From Antedon mediterranea (taxonomy: Eukaryota > Animalia > Echinodermata), in contig NC_092680.1 of the NCBI RefSeq assembly GCF_964355755.1, positions 17,555,045 to 17,619,044 on the forward strand: a stretch of DNA of 64,000 nt. The letters are read 5' to 3'. Numbering within the stretch: the first letter of the stretch is position 1; each line of letters begins with the position of its first letter. This document shows positions 12,206 to 26,367 of this stretch, in pieces. Under the pieces are notes generated by a model. That model was not told the origin of the DNA, did no database searches, and worked only from the letters and a program-made list of their open reading frames with translations. A program made the position numbers and the translations under genes.

Positions 12206-15200
12206 TTAAAAATATACTATAAAAATGTATTTCTTATTTTATTTAAAAAATCATGAGTCTCCTCTTCTTAATTGCAAACACAAAAAACGATCTGAGCATG
12301 TGCAAATGTATATAAAAGCACTCAGATAATGTACAGAGGGCAGTATAATGATATAAGCAGTGAGTTAGGCAGATCATAAGTCAGCTCTCCTTAATTGCCT
12401 AAGTCACACAGCTGACTTAGGCAGAAACACAGAAAATATAATACATTGATATAAGCAGTGAGTTAGGCAGATCATAAGTCAGCTCTCCTTAATTGCATAA
12501 GTCACACAGCTTGACTTGGGCAGAAACACAAACAAATATAGTATATTGATATAAGCAGTGAGTTAGGCAGAAAAACAAAAAAAAAATTATGTCTTAGAAA
12601 CTTTTGTTATGAGGCTGTCGATATCATCTATATACAAAAAATGCTACCTTTAAGTAACAAAATTTAATAGCATCAGCTCTTCAGATTAAAATTAACACTG
12701 ATGATTTTAGAAAAAGAAAGTAGCAATAAAAGAGAAAGAATTTGTAACAAATGAGTTAAAAAATATACTATAAAAATGTATTTCTTATTTTATTTTATAA
12801 ATCATGAGTCTCCTCTCCTTAATTGCCTAAGTCACACAGCTGACTTAGGCAGAAACACAAAAAAAAACACGATCTGAGCATGTGCAAATGTATAAAAAAG
12901 CACTCAGATAATGTACAGAGGGCAGTATAAAGATATAAGCAGTGAGTTAGGCAGATCATAAGTCACCTCTCTTTAATTGCCTAAGTCACACAGCTGACTT
13001 AGGCAGAAACACAAAAAATATAGTATATTGATATAAGCAGTGAGTTAGGCAGATCATAAGTCAGCTCTCCTTAATTGCCTAAGTCACACAGCTGACTTGG
13101 GCAGAAACACAACAAATATAGTATATTGATATAAGCAGTGAGTTAGGCAGAAAAAAAATTATGACTTAGGCACTTTTGTTATGAGGCTGTCGATATCATC
13201 TATATACAAAAAATACTACCTTTAAGGAACAAAATTTAATAGCATTAGCTCTTCAGATTAAAATTAACACTGATGATTTTAATAATAATAATAATAATAA
13301 TAATATTTATTCGGTCATCAATGTAGAAATAACCAGGAATGAGAATAGGCTAAAGCCCAAACAGATTCTGCACTCACTCCATACAATACAATCAGTTAAA
13401 GATAAAACCATATACAAGAAAAATACAAATAAATTATACATAACATGAAATATAGTGTTTTGTTAGAGCAGCCTTAAATATTGAAATTGTTTGTGAATCT
13501 TTTATGTCATTTGGTATTTGCTCCCATAGTCTAGGAAAGGAAACAAATACAGAATTATGAAAAGTATTGCCTTTCGAATTCCAACGTAAAAGCCTACCCG
13601 GACATCTTTCACTAGTTTTAATATACTCATTGAAAGAATGGGGACAGTAACCTTTCAACAGCTTAAATCTAAAAAATTTAGAAAAGGAAAGTAGCAATAA
13701 AAGAGAAAGAATTTGTAACAAATGGGTTAAAAAATATACTATAAAAATTTCTTATTTTATTTAAAAAATCATGAGTCTCCTCTCCTTAATTGCCTAAGTC
13801 ACACAGCTGACTTAGGCAGAAACCAATAAACGATCTGAGCATGTGCAAATGTATATAAAAGCACTCAGATAATGTACAGAGGGCAGTATAATGATAGAAG
13901 CAGTGAGTTAGGCAGATCATAAGTCAGCTCTCCTTAATTGCCTAAGTCACACAGCTGACTTAGGCAGAAACACAAAAAATATAGTATATTGATATAAGCA
14001 GTGAGTTAGGCAGATCATAAGTCAACTCTCCTTAATTGCATAAGTCACACAGCTGACTTGGGCAGAAACACAAAAAAGATATAAAATTGATATAAGCAGT
14101 GAGTTAGGCAGAAAAACAAAAAAATAATTATGTCTTAGACACTTTTGTTATGAGGCTGTCGATATCATCTATATACAAAAAATGCTACCTTTAAGTAACA
14201 AAATTTAATAGCATCAGCTCTTCAGATTAAAATTAACACTGATGATTTTAGAAAAAGAAAGTAGCAATAAAAGAGAAAGAATTTGTAACAAATGAGTTAA
14301 AAAATATACTATAAAAATGTATTTCTTATTTTATTTTAAAAATCATGAGTCTCCTCTCCTTAATTGCCTAAGTCACACAGCTGACTTAGGCAGAAACACA
14401 AAAAAAAAACGTTCTGAGCATGTGCAAATGTATAAAAAAGCACTCAGATAATGTACAGAGGGCAGTATAAAGATATAAGCAGTGAGTTAGGCAGATCATA
14501 AATCAGCTCTCCTTAATTGCCTAAGTCACACAGCTGACTTGGGCAGAAACATACAAAATATAGTATATTTATATAAGCAGTGAGTTAGGCAGAAAAACAA
14601 AAAAACAAATTATGACTTAGACACTTTTGTTATGAGGTTGTCGATATCATCTATATACAAAAAATTCTACCTTTAATTAACAAAATTTAATAGCATTAGC
14701 TCTTCAGATTAAAAATAACACTGATGATTTTAGAAAAGGAAAGTAGCAATAAAAGAGAAAGAATTTGTAACAAATGGGTTAAAAAATATACTATAACGAT
14801 GTATTTCTTATTTTATTTTAAAAATCATGAGTCTCCTCTCCTTAATTGCCTAAGTCACACAGCTGACTTAGGCAGAAACACAAAAAAACGATCTGAGCAT
14901 GTGCAAATGTATATAAAAGCACTCAGATAATATACAGAGGGCAGTATAATGATATAAGCAGTGAGTTAGGCAGATCATAAGTAAGCTCTCCTTACTTGCC
15001 TAAGTCACACAGCTGACTTAGGCAGAAACTCAAAAAATATAATATATTGATATAAGCAGTGAGTTAGGCAGATCATAAGTCAGCTCTCCTCAATTGCCTA
15101 AGTCACACAGCTTGACTTGGGCAGAAACACAAAAAATATAGTATATTGATATAAGCAGTGAGTTAGGCAGAAAAAAAAATTATGTCTTAGACACTTTTGT

Positions 15201-16165
15201 TATGAGGCTGTCGATATCATCTATATACAAAAAATGCTACCTTTAAGTAACAAAATTTAATAGCATCAGCTCTTGAGATTAAAATTAACACTGATGAATT
15301 TAGAAAAGGAAAGTAGCAATAAAAGAGAAAGAATTTGTAACAAATGGGTTAAAAAATATACTATAAAAATGTATTTCTTATTTTATTAAAAAAATCATGA
15401 GTCTCCTCTCTTTAATTGCCTAAGTCACACAGCTGACTTAGGCAGAAACACAAAAAACGATCTGAGCATGTGCAAATGTATATAAAAGCACTCAGATAAT
15501 GTACAGAGGGCAGTATAAAGATATAAGTAGTGAGTTAGGCAGATCATAAGTCAGCTCTTCTTAATTGCCTAAGTCACACATCTGACTTAGGCAGAAACAC
15601 AAAAAATGTAGTATATTGATATAAGCAGTGAGTTAGGCAGAAAAACAAAACAAAAATTATGACTTAGACACTTTTGTTATGAGGCTGTCGATATCATCTG
15701 TATACAAAAAATGCTACCTTTAAGTAACAAAATTTAATAGCATCAGCTCTTCAGATTAAAATTAATACTGAAGATTTTAGAAAAGGAAAGTAGCAATAAA
15801 AGAGAAAGAATTTGTAACAAATGGGTTAAAAATGTATTTCTTATTTTATTTAAAAAATCATCAGTTCCCTCTCCTTAATTGCCTAAATCACACAGCTGAC
15901 TTAGGCAGAAACACAAAAAACGATCTGAGCATGTGCAAATGTATATAAAAGCACTCTGATAATGTACAGAGGGCAGTATAATGATATAAGCAGTGAGTTA
16001 GGCAGATCAGAAGTCAGCTCTCCTTAATTGCCTAAGTCACACAGCTGACTTGGGTAGAAACACAACAAATATAGTAGGCCTATATATAAGCAGTGAGTTA
16101 GGCAGAAAAAAAAAATTATGACTTAGACACTTTTGTTATGAGGCTGTCGATATCATCTATATACA
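12206..16165. repeat. Higher-order satellite, ~7 units of ~480-600 bp, each with 2-3 nested ~80-bp subrepeats
   Basis: Recurrent gatataagcagtgagttaggcaga and the hairpin TGCCTAAGTCA-cacagc-TGACTTAGGCA. Units start near 12209, 12760, 13730, 14300, 14782, 15353 and 15830. Confidence 0.95.
13281..13676 (-). mobile_element. 5'-truncated LINE (CR1/L2 group) 3' end inserted in the satellite
   Basis: Translation FHNSVFVSFPRLWEQIPNDIKDSQTISIFKAAL is typical of a CR1/L2 ORF2 C-terminus. It has a (TAT)n/(taa)n tail and splits the satellite unit at gatgatttt|agaaaag. Confidence 0.7.
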
Positions 16166-16560
16166 AACAAGGCCAAGAGCCATTAACTCGCGTGCTACAA
16201 TGCATAGTGATACCGGACCGACAGACAGACCGACAGACCGACAGACAGACCGACCGACATAGTGAACATTTTCATCAAAAACGTGCGAAAATTATCCAAT
16301 TCGACCTGCTCGTATGACGTAATTTTAAGTCGAAATTGTTTAAAAGTTGGCAAAGTTATTAGAAAAGGCTGCAAAAACATAAATCACGCAAAAAAAGTAT
16401 GTACTTAACGCTACATGCGCACCGCGCGCGTAAAAATTTGCGCGCGTATGGGAAGTTTTGACATGCTCAAAATGACAAGAAACGCGTAGAAAGTTGATTA
16501 AAAAATTAATTTTGCGCATTTTAAAATTTTGAATGCCTTCAAAGTGGAAATACTTACCGA
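16166..16560. mobile_element. HINE/DINE-1-like (Helentron-associated) non-autonomous element fragment
   Basis: Begins AACAAG, contains a (GACA/GACC)n microsatellite near the end, then a subterminal gcgcgcg palindrome. This is the general HINE architecture; the family is not verified. Confidence 0.45.
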
Positions 16561-17605
16561 CTATGTATTTAAATAATATCGAACCTCTAGATGTCCTTGA
16601 AAATATGTCTCACTATAATATAAAATGTTGTAAAGATGTACCTAGTTTTTATCTAGATGTATTAAATGCATTAACTAAATATAATGAAAGTGTATTCAAA
16701 TGGCCATCATGCTATGATGAAATATTAGAACAAAACATTTGGGGAAATACATTTATAAGTTATAACAGCCTATCACTACTGTATAGAAACTGGATCAGAT
16801 CCGGTATTAGAAAAATAAAAGATATTGTTTTTGGTAATAGATTCATTAATTCGAATATGTTACTTGAAATTCTAATTTCAAAATCAAATTGGATAGCAGA
16901 ATTTCACACATTACTACAAGCCATTCCACAAGAATGGAAAGACGTTATTAAGTCAAATAATGAAAATACAATACAGGACAAGATTCAGTCTGCTACTAAA
17001 TTATGTAAAATGACAAGTAAGCAAATGTATAACTGTTTTATTAGAAAAAAGGGTATAGAACCAAAATGTCAAATAAAATGGCAGTTGTATTTTAATACTA
17101 CAATTGATTGGAAATTAACCTGGGAGCGTAAAATAAAATTAATGAAGGAAAACAAGCTCAAACAAATTAACTTTAAGTTACTACATAGGATTGTGCCAAC
17201 TAGAAATAGGTTATGTATATGGAAAATTGTAAACATAAACAAATGTCCACAATGCGACTGTGTTGAAGATGATGCACATTTATTTTTTGAATGTGCAGAA
17301 GCAAATCATTTGTGGCTTTACATAAATGAGCATACAATAACTAAATTCAATATCGAGGCAAATTTAAAAAATATAATACTTGGCACTGGAAATACATATG
17401 TAGATCATGTGTTTTCAATTGGTTTGCTAAGCATATACAAAGCTAATGTATTAAAACAACTAAATAAATGGAAATATGCCTTACTTCATCATCTCTTTAT
17501 AAATGAAAAAAAATTAAGAATATACATATAATCAATGCTATAAACAACAATTATGTATAAAAATAATGAAACCTATTACTTACCTGAAAAATTGTATAAA
17601 TAAAA
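16533..17605 (+). mobile_element. L1/Tx1-clade LINE ORF2 C-terminal fragment (zf-RVT region)
   Basis: The 332-aa ORF carries NFKLLHRIVPT...L..WKI....CPQCDCVEDDAHLFFEC and lacks the RT core. An A-rich tail follows. Confidence 0.8.
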
Positions 17606-18179
17606 AAATGAATGTTCTTTTTGAAACAGTATTCATAAGGTATAATATTATAAAGGAAGTGTAGTTTATTCTGTGGATCACCATTTTCTGCTCAAGGACA
17701 ATTATACGTATAGTGATTCCAATTTAAATGCTAAACATTTTGTATAGCCTATTTGTGAAGAAAAGCAAGTCACTTTAATAATGTTCACTGATCCATTATG
17801 ATTCTATATTATTACGATTGTGTAATTTCAATAACAAATATGTTGGATTAGAATTGGGAATTGTTAGTATTTTTATGTTAATATACTTTTTACGTTTGGA
17901 ATTTTACTGAATAAAGGATTCTAAACACCTTGAGGCAGTAACAGTGACATTGGAATCAACCCCGATTGCGTGTTTGTTATACAAAATAATTAATATAAAC
18001 TTACGTTGCATTTCATTGCAGAAAATGTATGTAACACACTGTTACATTGAATGAGGGTTGTGTGTTGGTGTGCGCCACTAGATTACTTGGGGACATTATT
18101 TTATATCATAAAACCGTACAGGGCGATACCGGGCGTAGATTAGTATGACCGACTACTCAAGTATACACTAGATCCCAAA

Positions 18180-18945
18180 CAGAACCCATTAGTCAACTCT
18201 GCGCATGTTTATTATGCTATAGTCACCATTTATGTCAAATATGGTTATGCTAGCACAATTGACAGGCGCAGAACCCATTATTCGACTCTGCGCATGTTTA
18301 TTATGCAATAGTAACCATTTATGTCAAAACTGGTTACTATAGTACAATTGACATGCGCAGAGTCAAATAATGGCTTCTGCGCATATCAATTGTGCTATAT
18401 TTATGTCAAATATGGTTATGATAGCACAATTGACATGCGCAGAACCCATTTTTCGTCTCTGCGCATGTTTATTATGCAATAGTAACCATTTATGTCAAAA
18501 ATAAAAGGGTCGAAAATAGGCCATTTTTCGAAAACTTTCCTGTACTATAGTACAGGGATTTTTTCCAAAAAATGGCCAATTTTTGACCTTTTTATTTTTC
18601 GATAAAACTGGTTACTATAGCACAATTAGCATGCGCAGAACCCATTAGTCGACTCTGCGCATGTTTATTATGCTATTGTAACCATCTAGTCAAAACTGGT
18701 TACTATAGCACATTTGACATGCGCTGAGTCGAATAATAGGTTCTGCGCATGTTTATTATGCTATAGTAACCATTTATGTCAAAACTGGTTGCTATAGCAC
18801 AATTGACATGCGCAAAACCCATTATTAGTCTCTGCGCATGTTTATTATGCAATAGTAATCATTTATGTCAAAAAATAAAAGGGTCGAAAATAGGCCATTT
18901 TTCGAAAATTTCCCTGTACTAATGGTACTGGGATTTTTTCCAAAA
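18180..18945. repeat. Palindromic ~85-90-bp tandem repeat with internally inverted cores
   Basis: Units read atgcgcagaacccatta.tcgactctgcgcatgtttattatgctatagtaaccatttatgtcaaaactggttactatagcacaattgac. The core is reversed at ~18355 and ~18720. Confidence 0.85.
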
Positions 18946-21031
18946 ATTGGAACAATGTTTTATTAGAATAGATAATAATAATAATAAATTTATTGACAAA
19001 CACTTTTGGATCAGTGGCAACGCACTCATTAGTGCAACAATGCAAATAAGCTCTTATTTAATTCAGATCTTTTTTCTCAGGCAACTTCAAGAAAATGTTT
19101 ACAATATTTGTAAAATGCTGCCAAGACAGCTTTACTAAGATCCATTTTAATGTCCCCTCCTAAAACTAAAATTGTTTTTTCATTAACATTAGCATGTTAT
19201 GAACAATTTAAAGTCATGTATCTGATTTGTTGTATCGGTTTTCATTAAAAAAATATTTTACCAAGCTTCAATGAAGATCATGTAATACATTATATTTTAG
19301 TCACATGTTTCTTATTTTTTATTTTATTTTTATTTTTTGGACGTTAAAATGTTGCAAATAATAAACGATACCCAATAAGGAAGTGTAGTTTATTCTGTGG
19401 ATCACCATTTTCTGCTTAAGAACAATTATACGTATAGTGAATCCAATTTAAATGCTATATGGCCTATTTGTGAAGAAAAGCAAGTCACTTTAATAAAGTT
19501 CACTGATCCATTATGATTCTATACTATTACGATTGTGTAATTTCAATAACAAATATGTTGGATTAGAATTGGAAATTGTTAGTATATTTATGTTTTGGAA
19601 TTCACGTTTGGAATTTCACTGAATAAAGGATTTTAATCACCTTGAGGCAGTAACAGTGACATTGGAATCAACCCCGATTGCGTGTTTGTTATACAAAATA
19701 ATTAATATAAACTTACGGATTATATTATAATGAATAATTTATGCTTAGAAGGAACTCTTTGTGCGCATTGATTCTCACCCAAATTATTGCAGTTTGATGG
19801 TGAAAATATTCGCGATAAGAAAGCTGTAGATCTAGGACCTAAAATCTACGAAAGGACATTGCTATTTGCACGGATGGCGACGCACGCAACGCGAAAATCT
19901 TTGCCGTCGTTGAGGTAATGGAGTTAAAGAATGTTAAACAATATGTTCTATCTTTTTTTTCTTTCTCTTAAGCAATAAACATTTTTATATACACCGTATT
20001 TGGATTACTTTAACAGTATTTTTAAAATTGACGTAGAACACCTATGACTGGTAAAACCAAACAAAACATTAAAATGAAAGATGTTTAAAAGTTACCTTAT
20101 CAGTTTAGTTCGTTTCACTAACAGCCTTTTCAGAAGAATGACATTCTGCCACTAAACAGATTGACCTCTAGAAGGCCAATACTGTTCATACTGCTCCTTT
20201 TCTGTTCATAATAGGTTAAATTCTGTCCATAATAGGGACTAGAGGGCGATGTTGTTTGTCCATAATTCATAATTTCATAATTCATAATTTCATAATTCAT
20301 AATTGGCTGTCCAAAATAGGTGACTTTTTGTCCACAGTAGGGGATTTTATTGGAGTAGTGCGCCATCAATTGTGTTGTCCATAATAGGTGATTTTTTTGG
20401 CGTACTCGTACGCACGTAGTTTATTTCGCGAGTAGAAGTAATAGGTAATACTAATTTGCTTTCTCTTCAGACTTCGAGGCTACCTAGAGCCCTAGGCTAG
20501 TAGTAGGGCCTATCCTAGTCCTGTTAGTTAGGCTACCTTTATAGGCCTACTACTACTAGCCTAGGCATAGAGTTCATTTGTTATTGTCCACTAATAAAAT
20601 CTGAGTTTTTTTTTCTAGGCCTACCTTACAGCAGGGTACAGTACCTCCCTGCCACAGACAGTAGGAATACAAATGACATGGGCTCCATATTAGATAGATA
20701 GGTTTCCTACTACAAACAAGCGGGATCTACTTTTTCTCATTCTCACAGACTTACTCATCATTATCGTTTCAAATTAATTAATTACAATTTCAGTATATCA
20801 CCGGGCGGTTTAGAATTAATGTTCTTTGCCTGATGTGTTTATATATATATATAAGTATATCTTCGGAGATCCCGCTTAGCTTCGTGAATAAAAATACTGA
20901 ATAGATGAGGGCGTATCAATTTGATCTCTGGTGCGCGTGCGTACAATTGAGGACTAGAGTGCTGTTCCGTCTTACCACACCGAGAATATTAAAGAGTCGC
21001 TATCCAAATGAGTTTGAACAATACCATGAAA

Positions 21032-21110
21032 GCCCCAGTGGTCTAATGATTAGGACAACTGCATATCAAGTATCAAGCAGGCGGTCCGAGTTCGAGTCTC
21101 GGTTGGGCGA
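21032..21110 (+). mobile_element. tRNA-derived sequence (SINE head or tRNA pseudogene)
   Basis: A box TGGTCTAATG, B box GTTCGAGTC, acceptor-like GCCC..GGGC; the anticodon arm contains a duplicated tatcaag. Confidence 0.6.
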
Positions 21111-21124
21111 CTTATTCTTATTCT

Positions 21125-21127
<3 letters not shown>

Positions 21128-21218
<91 letters not shown>
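21128..21218. repeat. (TA)n microsatellite
   Basis: About 45 TA units. Confidence 0.99.
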
Positions 21219-21223
<5 letters not shown>

Positions 21224-22169
21224 ACAATGCTGTGGGTATCAGTGGCTGGATCTCAATGGAGATACAAAATAAAAGCGAAAAGCTAAATCAAAACGAGAAG
21301 TAAAACAGCCAGAAAAGTTAGCAGAGCTTTCGGGCAACACTAGCCCTTCATCTGCAGTGCAAGTGAAACAAATATATATATACCCATAAATCTATATTTG
21401 AAGCTGACATCATAAATTTCAGTCTGCGCGAATGTTTCTTTATCGGTTTCAAAATCAGGAACTTCTTGCATTTCTGTCAAGTGCAAAATCCATCTCTCAT
21501 AATTACAAGTAAACGATTAGAAATTTTATTCCCGGAACCCAATTTTAAGAAGAGCCCAAAAACATATTACCCAATAATAATAATTTTGTTTGTTCGAGTT
21601 CAATAAATAAAGAAGGTTCACTTTTTGTATGTGGCCTATATACAGTATTGTTACATAACATAATTAGCGATGCAGACAACAACACATACTCAATTAAAAA
21701 AAACATTTTTTGTTTCATTATCAGGGTTATAGATTATAATTTATTAACACGTGGTAAAAACTGCTATATAAACATTGTATAGTACTACCAAGATACATTA
21801 CAGTCTCTATAATTATGGAACTTACTTAACATTAATGAAAATAATACTTTATTTAGTAGTTACTTATTGTCTTAACATTGTATAAGTTTATTTTATTATT
21901 AACTATGTTTTGGTTTCAATAACAAGGTATTTTTAAATTTCTGCGATGTTCAAACTATATTACTCATTATCATGATTGTCAGGGAATGTCATGTGCGATG
22001 AACCGAGTAAGAACACAATGTAACGTTTATTTCTATGTAAGCCTTATATTATAACAAATAAATATTCAAAAACCACTTATTTAATCACATATTGTATACA
22101 ATGTACTGACCGCATAAACAGTAGTTATAGGTACCAGCTAATTGTAGACATTAACTTCTCAAATCTTGA

Positions 22170-25100
22170 CTAGGTGGTTATCCGTCTACTGCATGTGAAA
22201 CTGAACTGCAAAATTAAAGAATTTTAAAACCAAATTAAGTTATGGTTAAAATAGAGTATTGATTGTTGTGCGAACTTGACGAAATATTCCCGGAAAACCG
22301 CTTGTAGAAGTACAAGTACAAGTCTGTGCGTAATTGTTATTTCCATTACAAAAGTATTGCACTTACATCGTACGTTGCAATTATGTTAAGTGGAGAGAAA
22401 ATGTCACTAAGACCAAAAATATTACTGTTTTCTACCAACATTTCCATTTACCTAAGGCTGAAGCCTACACAGTAACAACATTATGAAATGTATAATATGT
22501 ATGTTTTTATTTAACAAACACAGACTCCTATCAGTAGGTCTATTAGTTCTTAAACAATTCGAATTACAAAAGAAAAACAAATGTGCACAGAATTGAAATA
22601 AATGCAATTACCTCTCGTTCCCGATAAACCTTGTGGTATTCATCCACTCTGTATTCATTCAATGCATAAGCATCTTTGCTTATTCCGACAAGATTCACCA
22701 AACACATCGTTCCATTCAATGAACTACATCTTTCACACACTGGACCACAAAGATACTGATCACGAAAGTAATCCGGGTTAAACGTCTGTAAGATTATTTC
22801 TTCAACCGAAGTAAGAATTGTCTGTAAGATATTTACTGACTGACTCGGGACTTCTTTCGAAACTGAAAGTTTGATGAGATTTCTATCGTATAAGAAAATA
22901 CTATCGGAAGAAACTGTGTCAGTATTTATTTGGAAAAAACATGTTTCACTTGCTCTGAACCGTGCACAGTTATAATAAATATTATTCCAATCAAACACAT
23001 TGCAGCATTTTGCAATAAGTCGAAGAAATACAAATTCCAGTAACATTTCACCAAAATCGAAATAAAATATATCAGAAGTATGATCAACATGATCAAGTTC
23101 ACGTTGTTTTAACTCAATTTTTGGTAATTTGCAAGGAAGACAAAATGTTCCAACTTGATCAACTTGATTAGTTATTGTAAGTGGAAACATCAACTGTGTT
23201 CCTACCAAGTACCGAATCACATAAGGATACACTCTCCAAATTCCTTTCATTCGGCAAATGTGTTCTAAAAGTCTACTGTCTACAATTCCTGTTTCCAGCA
23301 ATCTCTGCCAAAGATCAGATACGAGTCTGTTTCTGTTGTGTGGTTCTGGTACATTCACTAATAATTTCAGAATATCTATTAATACCCGAGGATCACAAAC
23401 AACATAATTCTGAAGTAGTTCATCAACTTCATTGTATATAATGTCTCCGGATTTATCAAAAAAATTCAGAATTTCGCGCACCTCATATTCCATAAAGATT
23501 TTTCTTGTTAACTTTAATTCATTTACAATATCGTTTACACTCACAATAATACACTGTCTATGTCGAAATCCATTTAAAGTGTTTTTAAATAATAAGTATT
23601 TTACAGAAAACATTTCGCAAAAATATTTCAATCTTGTTACTTCATTATATATCCTTTCTCGTAAGATGTTAAGCTCATTGTCAACATTAAATGCGTTTTC
23701 AATAAAAAAGCAAAGTCGTCCACTTGGATGAAAAGCAAGTAATCTTGAAAACCTTTTGTAAAGATGTGCATTTACAAATCTCTCAAAGGTGGAAAACGCA
23801 TTTCCATCACGTACACTTTCTCTTCTTGTTCCTACAAGAAACACTACAACATTCTCAATATCAACATGCATAGCAATAGATTGTAACCAGAATTGAAGCC
23901 GTTTAATATGTCTATCAGGATTAGAAATCGCTGCTACAGCATTGAAAACAACCAAGTATACGCCTTGCTTTGGCATAAACAGATGGTGTGTATTATAGTA
24001 CATTTCTTGTCCTGCAAAATCCCATAAACTTAGCCTGGCGTCAATGTAACATTCGTTTCGTAGATCTGCTTTCATTGATTTTCTAATATGCACTACTGTT
24101 ATTGATGACGTAGTTTTTACTTTCATGTAAGAATGCCACTCGTAGATAATAAAACCCAAAATCGGTGCAGCAAATGACAACATTTTAAGCAAATATTTAG
24201 AAAAGTCTTTCTCTACGTTAGTTAGATGGTCAAAATTGTCAAATTTCCAACCACACATTCTGCCAATATAAATCCCAGCAATAAACCCAATAACCTTTTT
24301 AAAAAGGTAGTGTTCAGGGAAATAGTCATACGCCACAAATTTCCTTCCTATAAAAACTCCACAAATTATAAAAAACACCAATGAAATAAAGCAAAACAAT
24401 GTAAATATGTCTACAAAATTATGGCTTCCCAAATATATTGCTGTTGTTATAAGCATTACATTTAGTATAAATACAAGGACAAACTTTCTTCGACTAAGTG
24501 AAAATATTTTGGTATGCATACTTCTAAAAATAACTATTAAAATAACTGCAGCAATCACAAACTCAATGTATATTATATTGTAAATGAATGATATTTTTTC
24601 TAAAAAACATCAGTAGAAATAATATTCTGTTTTGGATGTACCATGAGACAAAAAGCTAAACAAATACCAGTCCTACCACCTGCACTCATAAGCACACCAA
24701 CAAGGAACGAACCCAACCCATACAAGCAAACGACCATAACAACAGTCATATAAAGCCATATATTTAACTCAACGACAGGTTGCTGAGCAAATGTTTCATT
24801 CAATTGTGTTGCACTGTCTATGAATACCATACATATTGCGTACCCACATCCAAAGCGATAGGCACTGTGAACACCAAAAATTCTTGAAAGATAAATAATG
24901 TATAACCATGCAACTGGTCCGAACCCGAAAGAAAGTCCACCAAACCAGAAAATTACAGTCATAGGAATAAACTGAAACAGCAGGTAAGTTATGTCCTCAA
25001 ATATTTTTCGGATCGAAACATTTACATCATTATCAGATTTATTTATTTATTATGTTTGCTCTGTTTAAGAACACGCGATACTGTCCACCACGCTGCTGAA

Positions 25101-25435
25101 CTTTCATAATCTTCTAAAGGAGTGTTTGTTACCTCACACCATTTACTATTAACATCACTGACTTTCGCCTGAACTGTGTTTGTTTCTATTCCGATTGTAC
25201 TAGGCTCTTCTGGCCGAAAATCTTTGTCTTGAAAACGCCTGCAAGTCGACGTTTTTCCTGCACCATGATCACCCAGAATAAGAACCTTGGTTCTGTTAAA
25301 TGGTACTTTTCCTCTTTCTTGAGCAGTTTTGTAAACTTCTTTAATCTCAGTATCGTCTGCTAAAACTCGCATATTAAAACTTCGCTTGAAAGACTCAGCA
25401 CATCCTCTCAAGTAATTCAATTGGTTTTGCTCCAT
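22170..25435 (-). pseudogene. TM-Roco copy 2, two frameshifts (terminal exon 22205-22170)
   Basis: Three collinear ORFs (25043-25435, 24600-24962, 22564-24558). Relative to copy 4 there is a net 10-bp loss with (attt)n at ~25037-25054 and a 1-bp loss in an A run at ~24602-24607. Intron 22206-22611 (GAG|gtaatt...ttgcag); last exon FSFTCSRRITT*. Confidence 0.85.
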
Positions 25436-25519
25436 CTCATTGGACTATCTCTAACTTGTCTGAGTAGCATCAAATCTTGTATTATATAAAATAATGTCAA
25501 TATTAACATTAACAACTAA

Positions 25520-26333
25520 AAAGAAATTGATATTGAAATTACAAACTGGTTTGATATTTGGTCAAGAAAAGTAAAAAATGAGAAAAACAAAAAATATGCA
25601 CAACTTAATACAAATTACTTCTTAGAATTTTACCAACAAATTTACAATTATATAAATGGAATATTAAGAACACAAAAAAATGTGAGTTATGTGATGTAAC
25701 TGAGGATGAAAAGCACATGTTTTTCAAATGTAAAAGCAATATCTTATTATGGAAAAAAATCAATAAAATATTTAAAAAGTTAGATAATAGTAGCGGTTCT
25801 TTTGAAGTGTTTTGTTTTTGGGTCTGAATGCAACATAAAAAATAAGTTATACTCAATTGCTCTATTATAAAATAAAAATATTGCCAGAATTAAATAAGTC
25901 AGTCTGTAAAATCTCATGGATAATGTTTAAAAATATACTTACACAAGAGTATACCATGAATGTATTTTATTAATTTTTTATTTTGAAGGTTACTGTAAAT
26001 AAAGTAATTTGTACAAAAATGTAAAAAGAGCAAATAAAACAGAAAAAAAGAAAAAAACAATAAAAAGAAGTGTAAAAAAAAATAGCATGGTAAATGCTAT
26101 ACTCTACAAGCAACTGGTTATTGAGTTGCCTTTGATTTTCCATATTTATTGATATTGTTTTCAGTTTATATGTAATGTAAATGTGTAAATGATATCTTGC
26201 AGAGTTTTTTTAAGATGTAAGGGAAAACTTTATGTCTATGAATGAAAATAGATAATATGCAAACATAATAAAATTGTTTATTTATGTTTTGAAATGAAAT
26301 AAAGGTGAGTGAACCTCACAAAAGAGAAAAAAA
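25520..26333 (+). mobile_element. Degenerate L1/Tx1-like LINE 3' fragment
   Basis: Reads KKCELCDVTEDEKHMFFKC at ~25675-25731. It is flanked by a direct repeat aacaactaa and is absent at the paralogous site upstream of copy 4 (~40130). Confidence 0.65.
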
Positions 26334-26367
26334 CAACAACTAATGTTATTAGTCAAATTAGTTAACA

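Noticed and set aside
23181-23731. Recurrent plus-strand ORFs (METSTVF..., also 31762-32022 and 37795-38330) as an antisense gene family
   Set aside because: They are shadows of the conserved minus-strand COR coding sequence and have no independent motifs.
24558-25043. Programmed frameshifting or split two-gene organisation in copies 2 and 4
   Set aside because: The breakpoints differ between the two copies, and each is a simple indel relative to the sister copy.
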